Shown here piece after piece: positions 12,760 through 25,889 of a stretch of DNA of 64,000 bases (its first letter is position 1; each line of letters opens with the position of its first letter). The stretch covers positions 62,001 through 126,000 of the forward strand of contig JAAOMT010000230.1 in the NCBI GenBank assembly GCA_016748015.1, in the 5' to 3' direction. The DNA is from Geosiphon pyriformis uo1. Lineage: Eukaryota > Fungi > Glomeromycota. The notes below the pieces were generated by a model that did not search any database, was not told the origin of the DNA, and saw nothing but the letters and a program-made list of their open reading frames with translations. Both the position numbers and the translations under genes were made by a program.

Positions 12760-12761
12760 AA

Positions 12762-13560
12762 TGTTACAGGTGATTATTTCTGCTGTTGAATTGAATAACA
12801 AACCCATAACTTGATGCTCAAAAGCTATTTCCATTGATGATGTTCTGGAAGAGTTGTATCTGAAGGTTTTGGTAAAATCCTTTGTATAATGGACAGAGAT
12901 TCAATAATGGTTTTATCTGTAGCTTCCCAAATTCACAAGTCTGTCAATTTTTTTCTCGGCTTGGTGGCTGACAATCCTCTGGTAAGTATTCCATATCTAT
13001 TGTATGTGGCCTACCCTTTTGCAGAGGTCTTTTACTAGGCAATTCTTAATGTCAGTAATCAGCACTTTTAATCAATTGGTTAGTGTATGATAACAAATCA
13101 CAGCAAATAAAGAAAAATTAAGAAATCTAAAGAAATAAGCCAAGGCAATTTGCAGATTTAGTATTCTGTCAATAGTCATGATCAAGAGCTATTGTTCTAG
13201 TGTGGTTAGGTATCAATTACTATCAACATAAAGTGTTGATAGTAGAGAGTGAATTGAGATATGAAATAATTATTTATTTGAGAATTTGGTTTCTAGGCTA
13301 AGGATTCTGTGATATCAATTCTGTTTTTTCTGTTTCTAACACTACTGCTATATATACATAATTGAAATTCCTCAATTCTTTAATTCTTCACAACAGGAAT
13401 CCTGAAATTCCTGGAATTCTGCGATTCCTTTGAGAGGAATCCTGAAATTCTTGGAATCCTGTAATTTCTGAGAGAAATCCTGGAATTCCACCTTTACTAC
13501 ACCTACTTTTGATTGGCTAATAATTATGCTAATATATTTCCTATATTTCTATGAGTAACA
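12762..13560 (-). repeat. 5' LTR of copy A (family A)
   Basis: TGTTACAGG...GAGTAACA termini; homologous to 44768-45653, 54079-54935, 25890-26750 and 59762-60549. Confidence 0.92.
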
Positions 13561-14530
13561 TTGGCAAGATAAATAAAAGAACTCTAAATTGGTCTTTAGA
13601 CATCTAAATATTTTACTTTTTTATAGTCTTGGCTATATGCACTAAATTTTTCTCAATTAAAAATGTCTATTTTAAAGTCAATTAATTTGTCTAACTTGAT
13701 TTGGTGAACTTTATTACAGTTTTTTATTATATCTAATAAGTTGAATTTTAATTAACATAATTTAACCAAACTCAAATACTACAGTAATAATTATTTTTTT
13801 TAGTGTATTTATAAGAATTTTTTTAATTATTACAGTCTGATTTGAATGCACTTTTTGTCTTTTAACATTATTATTTATAATAATCTTCTTATTTTTAGCC
13901 AATAATACAGTCTTTTTTATATTTTTTTTAGATATAAATATTAATTAAATAATCTTTTTAAATTTTGAGGAAGTAGTAACTTCTCTAAAATCATTGATAG
14001 ATAAAAAAATTTTTCTAATAAACTAAGTTTTTATCATTGCCAATTTTTTTTTATAACTGAAAAATTAATGTTTAATGCAAAAATTTTTTTTACCACCATT
14101 TTAATTTAAATCTTTACTATTTTAAAGTTAATCTATTTTTTGTCAAGAAAAATATTGAGAAGAGAAGAAAAAGAACTTTTATCTTTATTCATTCCAAAGT
14201 TAATTATACCAATAAAAAAGCTATTATCCAAACCAGTATTAAATTTTCTAGCTTTGAAAATTGTTGCAGCTAAGTCAAGAAAAAAACCACTATTAGATTT
14301 TATTATAATATTACTAATTTTATTGTTATTGAATTTATTATCTATATCTAAATATATACTATTATTAAAACTAAGTTTGACTAAAAAAAATTTTTTTTTA
14401 TCATTAAAATGTTTAATATTATTTATAAAAACTCTTTTTTTCTAAAAAAAAGTACCAATAACAGGACCATAAAAAGTTTTTTTAAACATTTTTTTTTAAA
14501 TATATTGTTACTTAAAGCAGTTTTCAGGTG
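13561..14530 (-). mobile_element. Highly decayed LINE-like ORF1 remnant
   Basis: Minus strand reads KIFALNINFSV..FIRKIFLSINDFREVTTSSKFKKII, homologous to the ORF1 segment at 23480-23620 (KSFTLDIG..VIRKLFLEINNFEKTSTPLKFAKII). Confidence 0.6.
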
Positions 14531-15306
14531 TATCACAAAAGAATTATTAGCTTAAGAAATATTAAAAAAAATATAATTAGAAAAATAAAAAAACTTATTT
14601 TTAAAAAAATGCTCTTTGGAAAATTTTGAACATAGAAAAAAAAAGTTTTTTTAAACATTTTTTAAATATTATTAAAATTAACAATATTTTTAAAAAACAA
14701 GAAAATAAATAATTTAGTTTTTATTTAATTAGTCTAATTTTTAAAATTAAATAATTTAATAAAATAATTAGTTAAAATTATATGTAAAAATATATTTATT
14801 TTGCCTTTAGCATTGGCAAAAATTATTCCAAATTTGATATATTAAACAATTTAATTATATATTAATTAAAACCAAATTTAATATTATTTTTAATATTATT
14901 TAAAATTAAAAAACAATTTTTTTTTTAGTTATTTAACAATTTAATAATAAAATACAATTAAATAATTAATTTAAACTTATTAAAAGCATAAATAATATTT
15001 TTTTTTATATTTTTAATGTTTAAATTTTTTCAAATTAATTAAATTATGTTTTATATTTTATTTAACAAATTTTTTAATTAAAAAATCTAAAAAAATACAT
15101 ATATTAAAGTTTAATTTTACTTTTTTTATAAATTTTAAACAAAGTATTTTTGCATATTCTAAAAAAACAATATAGTTAATTATTTGCTTTAATTACAAAA
15201 GTAAAATTTTTATTTTCAATTAAATGATATTAAATTTATTTTGGTAGATTTAGTACAATAAATCAGCAATTTTTGAGTTAATTTATGTTGCAATCTCGAT
15301 TTTTAT

Positions 15307-15359
15307 AGAATGTTCTAGCATTTACAGAATGTTCTAGCATTTACAGAACAGTATATAAA
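15307..15359 (+). promoter_or_regulatory. Heat shock elements (GAAtgTTC x2, in a 19-bp tandem duplication) plus TATA box of STI1
   Basis: agaatgttctagcatttac x2, then agaa; TATATAAA at 15352-15359; ATG at 15411. Confidence 0.8.
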
Positions 15360-15410
15360 TGCTTAAGCAACAAAATTTAAATTCCCTAATCACCTTTTTA
15401 TCTTGAAGAC

Positions 15411-18048
15411 ATGAGTGTAAGTGCGCAGTTCTTTCATAAAATTAATTTTTATTCGAGAAATTGCTTTGGGTGAATTCCACGAAAAACTTTCTTTTAGGCA
15501 GACGAGTTCAAGAATTTGGGGAACCAAGCTTTCGCAGCCAAAGACTACGGAAAAGCGATAGAGCATTTCACTAAAGCTATTGAACTTGACTCTTCAAATC
15601 ACGTTCTCTATTCAAATCGCTCCGCAGCTTATGCTTCTTTAAAGAATTACTCACAGGCTCTAGAAGACGCGAACAAAACGGTCGAGCTGAAAAGTGACTG
15701 GGCAAAGGTTGGCTGATTTTGTAAAATTGGGAACAAATATTCCTCTTTTTTAGTCGACTTCACATTTTTTGTATACTTTTTCTAGGGATATAGTAGAAAA
15801 GGTGCCGCCCTCCATGGTTTAAATAAATTGGAGGAGGCGCGAGAAACTTATCGGGCGGGTCTTAAAATCGAGCCCAATAATAGTCTGCTTAAAAAATCTC
15901 TTGAAGAATTGGAATCTCCACGTTCTTCCCGTATGTATTGGTTTTCTGGCTCGCAAATTTAACTGTAAACTCAACAATACTTTTTCTATAGCTTCTTTTA
16001 GTATACTACCCGATGATGCGCTAGCCAAAATAGCTTTAAACCCAAAGTTAAGGCAATATTTGGAACAGCCTGATTTTATTCAAAAAATTCAAGCAATTCA
16101 AAAAGACCCTCAATCATTTCCAACGTATATATTCATTTTGGAATTTTTTTATTTTAAAAGTTATATGATGCCTCCTAATTAACCAATTATATCTTAGTCA
16201 TCTTCAAGATCCTCGTATAGGGGAAGTACTGCAATATTTTTTGGGAATCAGTTTTGGAATGGGCAACAAGGAAGACGAGGCAAGTGAAATTTATTGGAAG
16301 TCAGAATCTTGAACATTGTTAAAAACTTGTATTTTTCTTATTAGAAAAGATGAGCTTGAAATTTTATTTCTTCTTTTTCTAAACAGCATAGTTCTGAGAG
16401 TCGCTCAGAAGAGGTATGTTTCCATATTTTTTCAACAATAATAGATTTCTTCGACAAGCAATAAAGAGATTCACCATCGAGAAAAAAAGGAACCAGGAAA
16501 ATTTCACTAAAACCGAGAATTCTTTTCGAATCAGACCAAAAAGGAACAGGAAGTTCACGAAACTGAAATTGAATCAGAGCCAATGGAAATAGTGGAAAAG
16601 TCAGAGGAGGAATCAAAGAAAGAGGAGGCCATTAAAGAAAAAGAACTTGGCAATGCAGCATATAAAAAGAGAGATTTTGCCGCAGCCCTGCAGCATTATG
16701 ATAAAGCTTGGGAGTTGGACCCCACAAATATTACTATTCTGAATAATAAAGCTGGTAACTAAAGTTATTATTTCACCGGGTTGTACGCTAAACATGCTCA
16801 TCCTTCTTTATTCCATAGCTGTATTGTTCGAGCAAGAGAATTACGAAGAATGCATCAAGGTATGTGAAGAAGCAATCAATGTAGGCCGTGAGAATCGTGC
16901 AGATTTCAAATTGATAGCAAGGTGATTTTGGATCTTGGATCGATTTTATTTGTGCTGAATTTTATGAACTGTGTTTAATAAATAACTTTTTTAGAGCGTA
17001 TGGACGAATAGGCAACGCTTTCATTAAGCTTGATAACCTCGAAGAAGCTATAAAGAATTACGGAAAATCCTTAACAGAACATCGTACCCCTGATATTCTA
17101 AAAAAGCTAAATGAGGTAATAATCGCTGACGGATTTTCAAAATAATTCAATCATCAGCGATTAAACTACTGTAAATTTAGACGCAAAAATTGAAGGTAAC
17201 GCGAGAAAAGGAAGCCTACTTCAATCCTGAGCTTGCGGATCAAGCTCGTGAACGTGGCAATGAGTTATTCAAGCAAAATGACTTTGTCGCAGCTCAAAAA
17301 GAATACACAGAAGCGATAAAGCGTAACGAAAAAGATCCCCGAGCATACAGTAATCGAGCAGCTTGTTATACAAAACTTATGGCTTTCCCAGAGGCTTTAA
17401 AGGATTGCGAGACCTGCATTAGCTTGGATCCAACCTTTGGTAAATAACAAATCCTCGATTATTGGACTTCTTTGTTTTGAATATTTTATTCATTGAAATC
17501 TTCATGGATCAACACTATTCTCTCTTAAAAGTGAAAGCGTACATTCGTAAAGCAGCCGTGGAATTCTTGAAAAAGGATTACAATAAATGTTTGGAAACAT
17601 GTGAGCTTGCAAGGCTACACGACGTAGACGGAAAACATTCTACTGAAATATTTCAACAGATGCGGAAATGTCATGAGGTCTTGGATCAAAACCTAAATTC
17701 CGCAAGTGAAGAAGATATTTTGGCGCGAGCGAGAAATGATCCAGAAATTCAAGTAAAATTGGATAGTTTTTTTCACTTTTGCATAGACACTTGTAGACCT
17801 ATTATTATTATGATTTTTTACACTTTTAGAATATTTTACGTGACCCTGTAATGGGACAAATTTTGAGCCAAGCGCAGGAAGATCCCCGTGCACTCATGGA
17901 GTATGTTATTTTTCGCAAGGCTCTTTCTAATATCTACATATTTATAACGCGTCTTTTTCTCTTTTAAAATATTAGTCACATGAAGAATCCCGTTGTTGCG
18001 GGTAATATTCGTAAATTGATTAATGCCGGTATCTTGAAGGTGGCATAA
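15411..18048 (+). CDS. STI1: STI1/HOP Hsp70-Hsp90 organizing co-chaperone (TPR1-DP1-TPR2A-TPR2B-DP2), 13 exons
   Basis: Exons 15411-15416, 15498-15707, 15786-15930, 15992-16124, 16198-16279, 16387-16413, 16535-16754, 16819-16921, 16995-17115, 17181-17439, 17532-17752, 17830-17900, 17976-18048. Translation [75 protein letters not shown]. Confidence 0.96.
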
Positions 18049-18540
18049 ATCCGAAACTGGGTTTAGGAAGAAAAGTGGATCCTTGAAGATTTAATTTGGG
18101 CTCTGAGAGGCTTTAACTGTTGAGGCTTTACATTTTATTACATCGGCACTACACTGATCATTTACCTATTTAACTTCACGATTTGAAGGGGGTAATATGT
18201 AGGGTATCAAACTTTTCACCTCTAGGTTTGTGATATTGATTTTTTCTTTTATTCTTTTGGGATATTCAAATTTGTGAGATTAGGTAAAAACGCCCATATA
18301 GCAATTCTTGATTGTTCTTTTATAAATGTGAACAGCAGATGAAAGTTACAAAAAAATGAATTTCTTTAGTAACTAAATATGAGTTCCAAATCTAGGAACT
18401 TGATAAAATAAAAATTTATTAATGTTGAACAAAAAATATAAAAAGCATATATGGGCATGCTGCAGTGGCTGTGGGATCAGCCTGAAAAGAATTCACGTCG
18501 CGTTTTAGAAATACCACTTCTACATATTATTTATAATAGG

Positions 18541-21482
18541 ATGTCCAGTATCGAAGTTCAAGAAATCTACCCTTGTCGTGAAGGCAAGTGCAGTAAAGAG
18601 TAGCGGGCTTATCAGAAAGGCAAAGAAAGCGCTTTCGGTCTTTACCAAGCGTGGAATTGACTATTTTTTCCTTTTTATAGCTCTAGTAGCCTACTTGAAA
18701 GGACTAAATATCAATAATTGGTCATACGTGGACTTTTTGACCAAAAATCGCACATCCATTGTCAACTCGACTCCGTTTACTCATAAACGGAATACCCTCG
18801 ATGGTACATGGAACAGACGATTTTTGCAAGAAGCGAAAGAATTGGATCCCACGTCATATGAAGCTTTGAAGGAAAAGGTAATATCGTTTCAACTATCTGG
18901 CGGAAGGGGCCTCCTGACAAGTCTCTACTTGAATCCGGAGGTATCAGGACTCTTCCTGTCCCAAGTGATGGTGGGGAAACTCCCGGGCAAGTCTCTACTT
19001 GCACTTGGAGCATCAGGACTCTTCCTGCACCCCACTATTGCTACCCGCCTAACTTCGTTCGTTGAGTGTGGGAGTGAAGAACCTATCCTGGTCTAATAAT
19101 CTCTCTTGTTATATTTCAACAAGGTGGACCTTGAGCGCTCCAAGTCTTTACCGTTTTTACGGGCTTTTTTTGAGGGTGTGATCGATGAGCAGATAATGGT
19201 AAGCTAGGAGCAAATATCAATGCTTTCTGTTTAATAATACTGTCTTTCTGAAAGAAATATCGTCAATAATTATACCAGTCGGATCTTGAGAGGACATTCG
19301 ACAACAATGGCTGTCAACTGTTGAAGAAGTCTGGCAATTTCCACACACGCAGACTGTTGTCACGTTATGATAAGCGCGCCAGTGATTTTCTAGTATGATT
19401 TCTTCTTCCTCTGTTTAAAATGAGTTGATAGTTAATCAATCTCACATTCTCTCGAGGCTTTTCAGGACGATGAAGATGACAAAGATGAGATTACTCGGTA
19501 TACCGACGAGAATGACGTTGAGAGTGAGAGCGACTATGAGGCTAGTAACTCTCCTTCCGAAGCTGCAAGTAATAGGAGGAAGCGGAGATTTACAGGCGAA
19601 GGAGTGTCAACAGGGACAACGGTTGAGAAGGAAGGCCTTGAAAATTTTCCGAAGCTGAAAAAGGTAAGGCTACAACCTCTCTGAGCTTATCTTAACTCCT
19701 TAAATCCTAAAGCAATTCATTATGTATTTTTTGAGATCAGCTGGCAAGGCACGACGACTCTGCCGACCATGATGTAAACTCGCTTGATGAGCAGGTGAAC
19801 ATCTCATTCGTTCCACAGCGGTCTGCTCCAACCTGGATGACTGAGGCATGCCAAGCCATACAAAAAATACGGGAAATGAAAGATGGTCACGAAAGGCAGC
19901 TGAAATGATCAAGGGTTTATGTTTTATTGTCTTTATGTTTTGCTGATAAGATATTCTTTTAGCCCTATATGGTGGCGAATTCTGGACGTTCGTCCTGAGA
20001 CCAACCAAATCGGTGCTGCTAATAAAAGAGCAAAGGAATTCGTAACGGAGGAGACACTAAAGATGCTTGTACCTCCAAAGCTCATCTCACGACGAAGTGC
20101 TGTAGATGGGGCAACGAACGTGGTGCTGAATATGGTCCAGGTATATATCTGAAATATCAACAACTTCTTCAATGATGGGATCTGATCGAATTTCACTTTG
20201 CCATAGAGTATGCCTTTTAGCCAGATATTGGCTCAATTTGAAGAATTTCCAGTTGTTGGAACTCTTGGAATACTTCAGAATCTGTTCTCAATTAAGAACT
20301 GGCAGAGGGCAATGCAGACGGATCAGATGGATTTGGAGGAATTGCTAGAGGACAGGAATGTGGAGATTGAGATGGTTCGAATGGATACACCTGATACGAA
20401 ACCTGGAAGTGGCCTATCTATCACCAATGAGAAAATGCAAGAGCTCGCTCGACATGAGGACATCCTTGGACTCGGCTTTTGTGTCTATGGAAGCATACGG
20501 TACTTGAAGTCTGACATCCGTCACACCAGTATGGGGGAGCGGACAATGGATATGCATATATTCAAGTCATTATTCGATATATTACAAATAGGAAACTTTG
20601 TCCAGATTCATTAGTAGGTATTCCTAGATTTATCGCATTCTTTTGACAGTTTTTTGACTGGAGATACTTGACAATAGTGGTGAAGTGGAGAGCCGAGCAT
20701 CACGAGCGCGGCGAGGACGCATAAACCGTGATATTGAGTCTTCCCCTAAAGCACATGGAGACCATTTTGATTGGCTATTCGCGGTAAGTTGATCAGCAAA
20801 TTTATTGGTAATATTTCATTTGTTCATTTATGCACTCTGCATTCTTAGAGTTTTTTGTTGCGTGCGGACGGGGTGAGAGGTATAGAAATGGGAATCGCAG
20901 AAAATGTTGGGCCGAACCATGCTGAAACCAGTCAGAAGACTATGGAGAATTCCACCAAAGTCTTTAAAGGAAATCGTGATCAATGGGAGGAACTCAAGCG
21001 TGTCATTCAGGAGGAGGCGGATGGGTCACTGACGGATATGTTATTAAAAGGGCTATTGGCGGTACCTATGGTTGGGATTACCCTCGTAGACTTGACTATC
21101 CGGGCACATTTAGTCTATTGCGTTGGTGGCGATTTGTTTGCGGTATCAGAATTTGGTCGTTGTCGGTTGCCTGACACTATTGATGCTTTGCCGTCTGTCG
21201 TCGAGTCTGTCCGCCTCTTCATTCGGATTAGAGTAAGTTCTGTTGCATCACAAATTTCATACATTCGCATAATCATGTTCTAATATACTTTACATATATA
21301 TATATATATATATATAGAATGTTATGAAACATTCCGCAAATCTCATTCAAGCTTTGATCAAGAAAGCCAAGGAAGTTAGGGAGTGCGTATCACAGATATC
21401 CTTTGTAGATTATGACGTTACCACAATAAAAGACTTTGGAACCCCAGCGAAACCCAAATTGAAGCGAACTAAATTGAAATGA
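18541..21482 (+). CDS. Multi-exon hypothetical protein with C-terminal PD-(D/E)XK restriction-endonuclease-like domain (lineage-expanded, Crinkler/REase-type family)
   Basis: Spliced reading MSSIEVQEIYPCREALVAYL..WSYVDFL..; C-terminal GEVESRASRARR, GDHFDWLF, EMGIAENVG, KVFKGNRD; ends GTPAKPKLKRTKLK* at 21480-21482. Some internal splice sites are uncertain. Confidence 0.65.
21294..21316. repeat. (TA)n microsatellite in last intron
   Basis: Perfect AT dinucleotide run directly before the AG acceptor. Confidence 0.9.
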
Positions 21483-24400
21483 ACATAAGAATTCTTGGGA
21501 TCTACTTTGCTATTAGTGGTGCAAGAATGGGAGACTGTCCACATTATTGGGGTGCAATCTTTGAACATTGACATAGGGCAATAATTTTGTAAAGTGTGTT
21601 TGCAGCATTTCGCTTTGCCTGCAAACCATTTGAAGTGTAACGTGTGTGAAGAAGCGGACCCCACTTCAAAATTACGTAGTAAAACTCAACACCCTTATTT
21701 TTTGATATTTTGAATAAATGTATTTTTAATAACAAATTATTTTTATACTAAATAATTTCAAATATGGAATTTGAAATTTAAAAATGATGTTTGAAATTCA
21801 AATAATTTAATTTAATTATTAATATTAATATTTCATATATATATATTTATTGTATTTCAAATATCAATTTGCCAATTGTTAATTCGAGCAGTTCAAAAAA
21901 TCTATTTGAATTTTTAAATAATTAATTATTAATATAACATTAAATTTTACAATTATTTAATTTTAATATTAATTATCATAAAATGTATTATAATAGATTA
22001 AAAATAAATTATATGCTTTTTATATATAATTAATGATTTGAACTTACATCAAAACTATTTTAAATTTTTTTTGTTATTTTATGGTTTATAATTATATTAA
22101 AATTATTTTTAAACATATAAATATTAAAAATATTGATCAAAATATTTATAGCATTATTAATTATATTTATTATTATAAAATATATATAAATATACTTAAA
22201 AAATTATAATATAATTAATAATTAAGTTATATTTTAATTTATAAAAACAATAATTAAGAAAATTCAGTTTTATAATAATACAAACAATAATAGCTTTATA
22301 AATAATAAAATTTTAAATAAAATTTTTTAATGTATTAGTTTTAATAACAACAATATTAAAACATTATATTATAAAAGTTATAATTACATATTTTTAATAA
22401 TAATTAAGTAACCAAAAAATAAAAAAATTTGATTATAAACTTAATTTTATAAATTTTTTTAAAATAAATATTTTTTTAATTTAAAAAATTAAAAATAATA
22501 CAAATAAACTTTAAAATTATAATTAAAGCAAAAATAATAATAGTTTTTATTAATTTTTATTAATATAATTATTTAAAAGTTTTTTCAATAATAAAAACAG
22601 TTAAATAACACTTTTTTAAATACAAAACAGTTTTTAATTATTAAAAAACATTATTTTTGTTTTTAAATAAAAATATCTTTTTTTCTTGTATTTATGATTA
22701 TATTTAAAGCAAATAGTAAAAAAGTTATTATTTTTTATTTTTTAAAGTATTTAATAATATTTTTATCAATAAAGCATTTATAGTTAATAATATTTTGTAA
22801 AAATATTTTTCTTAAATAAATTAGAAATAAACCAGTTTTTTGCTAATTTTAAAACACTATATTTGTTATTAATTTGAAGTTTTTTTTTTCAAAATTTTTT
22901 TTAAATTATCAATTAAAATTAATAAAAAAAACTTTTTTTTTCCTATATTCTAAATTTACAAAAAGAATACATTTGTTGAAAAAAAGTTTTAATTATTCAA
23001 TATAATAAATTTAAACTGTTTTTGTTCAATTATAAAGCCACTATTAGTCCTAGTATTGCTATCATAAAAAAATCTATTAAAAATTTTGGCTTTAATGTTA
23101 ATATTAAACCTATTATATTAAGAAAAAAAAGGAAATGTGGTGTTTTGAAAAATGGTATTAGTGACAAAAAAATTTTTGCTAAGAAATTGAGTGGTTGCTT
23201 TTGGGGCTTAAAGACTAGTGACTTCACTAAATCTAATAATGTTGACATAAAAGTAAAGTATTTGGTTAAAAAAATCAGTATTAACTATAATAAAGCTAAT
23301 GTTTTTTCTGGGATAAATTCTAATCAAATACCAAAAGATTCATAGATAATAATCAAAAAACATTGAAAAAGCCATTGGGAAAAATTAATTTCTTAAATAA
23401 TGATAATAATAATGTTTTTTGAATACTCTTCTAATATTTCTCTTTTTTTAAGAATCTGGTCAAAGTTTCTGTTAGAAAGTCTTTTACTTTAGACATTGGA
23501 TTAGACAAGATTGCTGAAAAATTGTTAAAAAAAAGTGTGCAGTGATTAGAAAACTGTTTTTAGAAATCAATAATTTTGAAAAGACATCTACTCCTTTAAA
23601 ATTTGCTAAAATTATTAAAACAATATTTATTTTCAAATCAAGTTTAAAACAGACTATTGATAAGACTAAGTGTGCAAATATTCTAATAAACACCAATCTT
23701 AGAAAATCTACTGGGCATTCAGATCAGGCTGTGGTGTTAAAAAAGATTCCAATTGGTATATTAACTAAGACTGTATATGCTGTACTATTTAAGTTTGGAA
23801 TAATTAAGTTAATCAAAGTACAGTTGGTAGAAAAATGGCAGAAAACTGTGGTAAAATTTGAGCAATCAGATTATGCTGATTTGGTCACATTAGAATAGTT
23901 TATTATAATCAAAAAAAATGCTATACAAGTTGCTAAAACCAATATAAACAAAGAAATATGTGATTTTAGAAATTATAATAAAACACTGCTTTACACTTTG
24001 TCTTTAAAAACAAATATCTATGATATTTAAAACTTTATTAAGTTTGTGAGTGAAAGAACTTGTACAATAAACTATTATCCAGTTACATATACTCAAGTTA
24101 AATATGCTGTTGTTTGTTTTAATTCTCTCAAATTAATAAATGCTGTCATAAAAACTATATCAATGTTGAAAGATATTAATTTGTATTGGTCTTATATTAA
24201 TTTAACCAAGTGTGCCAAGTGTGGTTTTTCAAATTATATATTATTAAGTTGCATTACTGATAAAAAAGCTTTTTCTGGTATTTTGTCTTATAAAATTTTT
24301 TTAAATGCTGATAAAAGCAGACTAGCTGCTATTTATTTTAGACATTTGGCTTTTGTTGTCTGTCTTATTGCTTCTGGTGATGTTTCTTGGACTTTAATTG

Positions 24401-25889
24401 TTAATAAATCTTCTTTTTCTCTTTTTTCTGTTCTAAATGGTTTGGCTAATTTTGGCTTCTTCTTGAAGGCAAAGTTTTTTCTGCTGGTATTAAAGAAATT
24501 AGACAATAGATTTGCTGCTTTTGAACACAGTCTTATTAGTTTTGTGAAGCAAGTAAGTAAGTTAACTAAGAAGTTAGATACACTTGAACCAATAGTTTTT
24601 CAGTCTAACTTTAAATATTGGTCATTGGTAACTCCTTCATTATAGAATCAAGGTGTGAATATAATAATGAATAAAAGTATGGGTGTGGTCACTGATAGTA
24701 GAACTGTTGCAAGAATGGTATTTTTGAATCAGTTAATAATTTCCAAGTTGGAGGATAGTTTGATAAGTCTTTTAAATATGGTTATAGATCTTTTAGTTAA
24801 GATAGATAATATTGTTTTGGATTCAAGTTCTTACTTATCTTAATAACCAGTCTTGTTTAAAAGTTTGCTATATGTAATATTAGAGATATCAATGTTTTTG
24901 TTAAGCAGAAAAATGTTGTTTATTGGCATACTAATTTAAGTAATATGATTTCTTTTATTACAGAGACAAAGCTAAGAGCTAGTATCAAGCCATAGATTGC
25001 AAATAAGTTTAATGAAATACAAATTTTTATATCTGAGTTAAATAAAAGTTTTTTTAGTGCTGATATAGTTATTATAATAAACAATTTTTTGGCTTAATAT
25101 GTTTTCAAAATAGAAAAAATTCTCAGTTATATCATTTTAGTATGATCTTTTTTTAAAAACAAGCTCTTAGTTATGGTTTTAAGTTTGTATACAGGTGCTT
25201 TTGTTAAAGCTAGATTTAGTTAAGCTTTAAATGTTAATTTTTTTATTGCTAAGACTGTTAACTTTAACACTTTTGTGGTTTTGGGTGAAAATTTTAATGA
25301 AAATAGGTCTAAAAAGAGTGTGAGTTTCAGGTTTTGTTTAAATTTGGGTTTGGTCAACTTATTTGGTGAACATTTATTGGTTAAGATCTCTACTTGAAAC
25401 AACTTAAAGGATGTTAAAAAAGTTTTAAATTACATTTTTGTGAATAAAAGTTTATTATCAGCAGTTGTTAGTCATAGAATAAACTTTATGTTCACTTTTT
25501 TTAGCATTAATCACAAGACTGTCTTGGTATTAATTGGCTTGGATGGCCTTTTGAATGTTTGTTTGAATAGCATGGCAAGCAAGCCAACATAAATTATTGA
25601 AAGTTCAAACTCAAGAATGCAAATAATACCAAGTAAACATGATTTAAAAAATGCTTTTTTGTTAAGTTTTTGGTAGTAAAGAATAAGTTTTTAAGAGCAA
25701 AAGCTTGTGGTAATTTGGATGCTATGTGAAATTTGTTGGAAAAGATAATAGTAAAATCAGCTGATGAAACATTTTCTAGATATTGGTTTAATAAGTTTTA
25801 GTATTCAAGAAACTATTGGTCTTTAAAGTTTTTTGGATTGGAATTTCTAATTGCCAAGATTGTTAAGAAGTTAAACTTAAATAACATGT

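Larger units (their letters stand above)
1..13560 (-). mobile_element. Ty3/Gypsy LTR retrotransposon copy A (5' part: 5' LTR, PBS, decayed gag, start of protease); interrupted by element B and a solo LTR; continues left of the window
   Basis: 5' LTR 12762-13560 (TGTTAC..GTAACA), PBS next to it. Minus-strand gag fragments (12490-12699, 10368-10740, 821-1030) are colinear with copy E (52397-54016). Protease N-terminus MYTDAKVDGHPIK at 1-50. Confidence 0.9.

Noticed and set aside
21750-22950. AT-rich tracts as centromere, origin or organellar insertion
   Set aside because: No periodic repeat or organellar gene is visible; better explained as end-stage decayed TE sequence.
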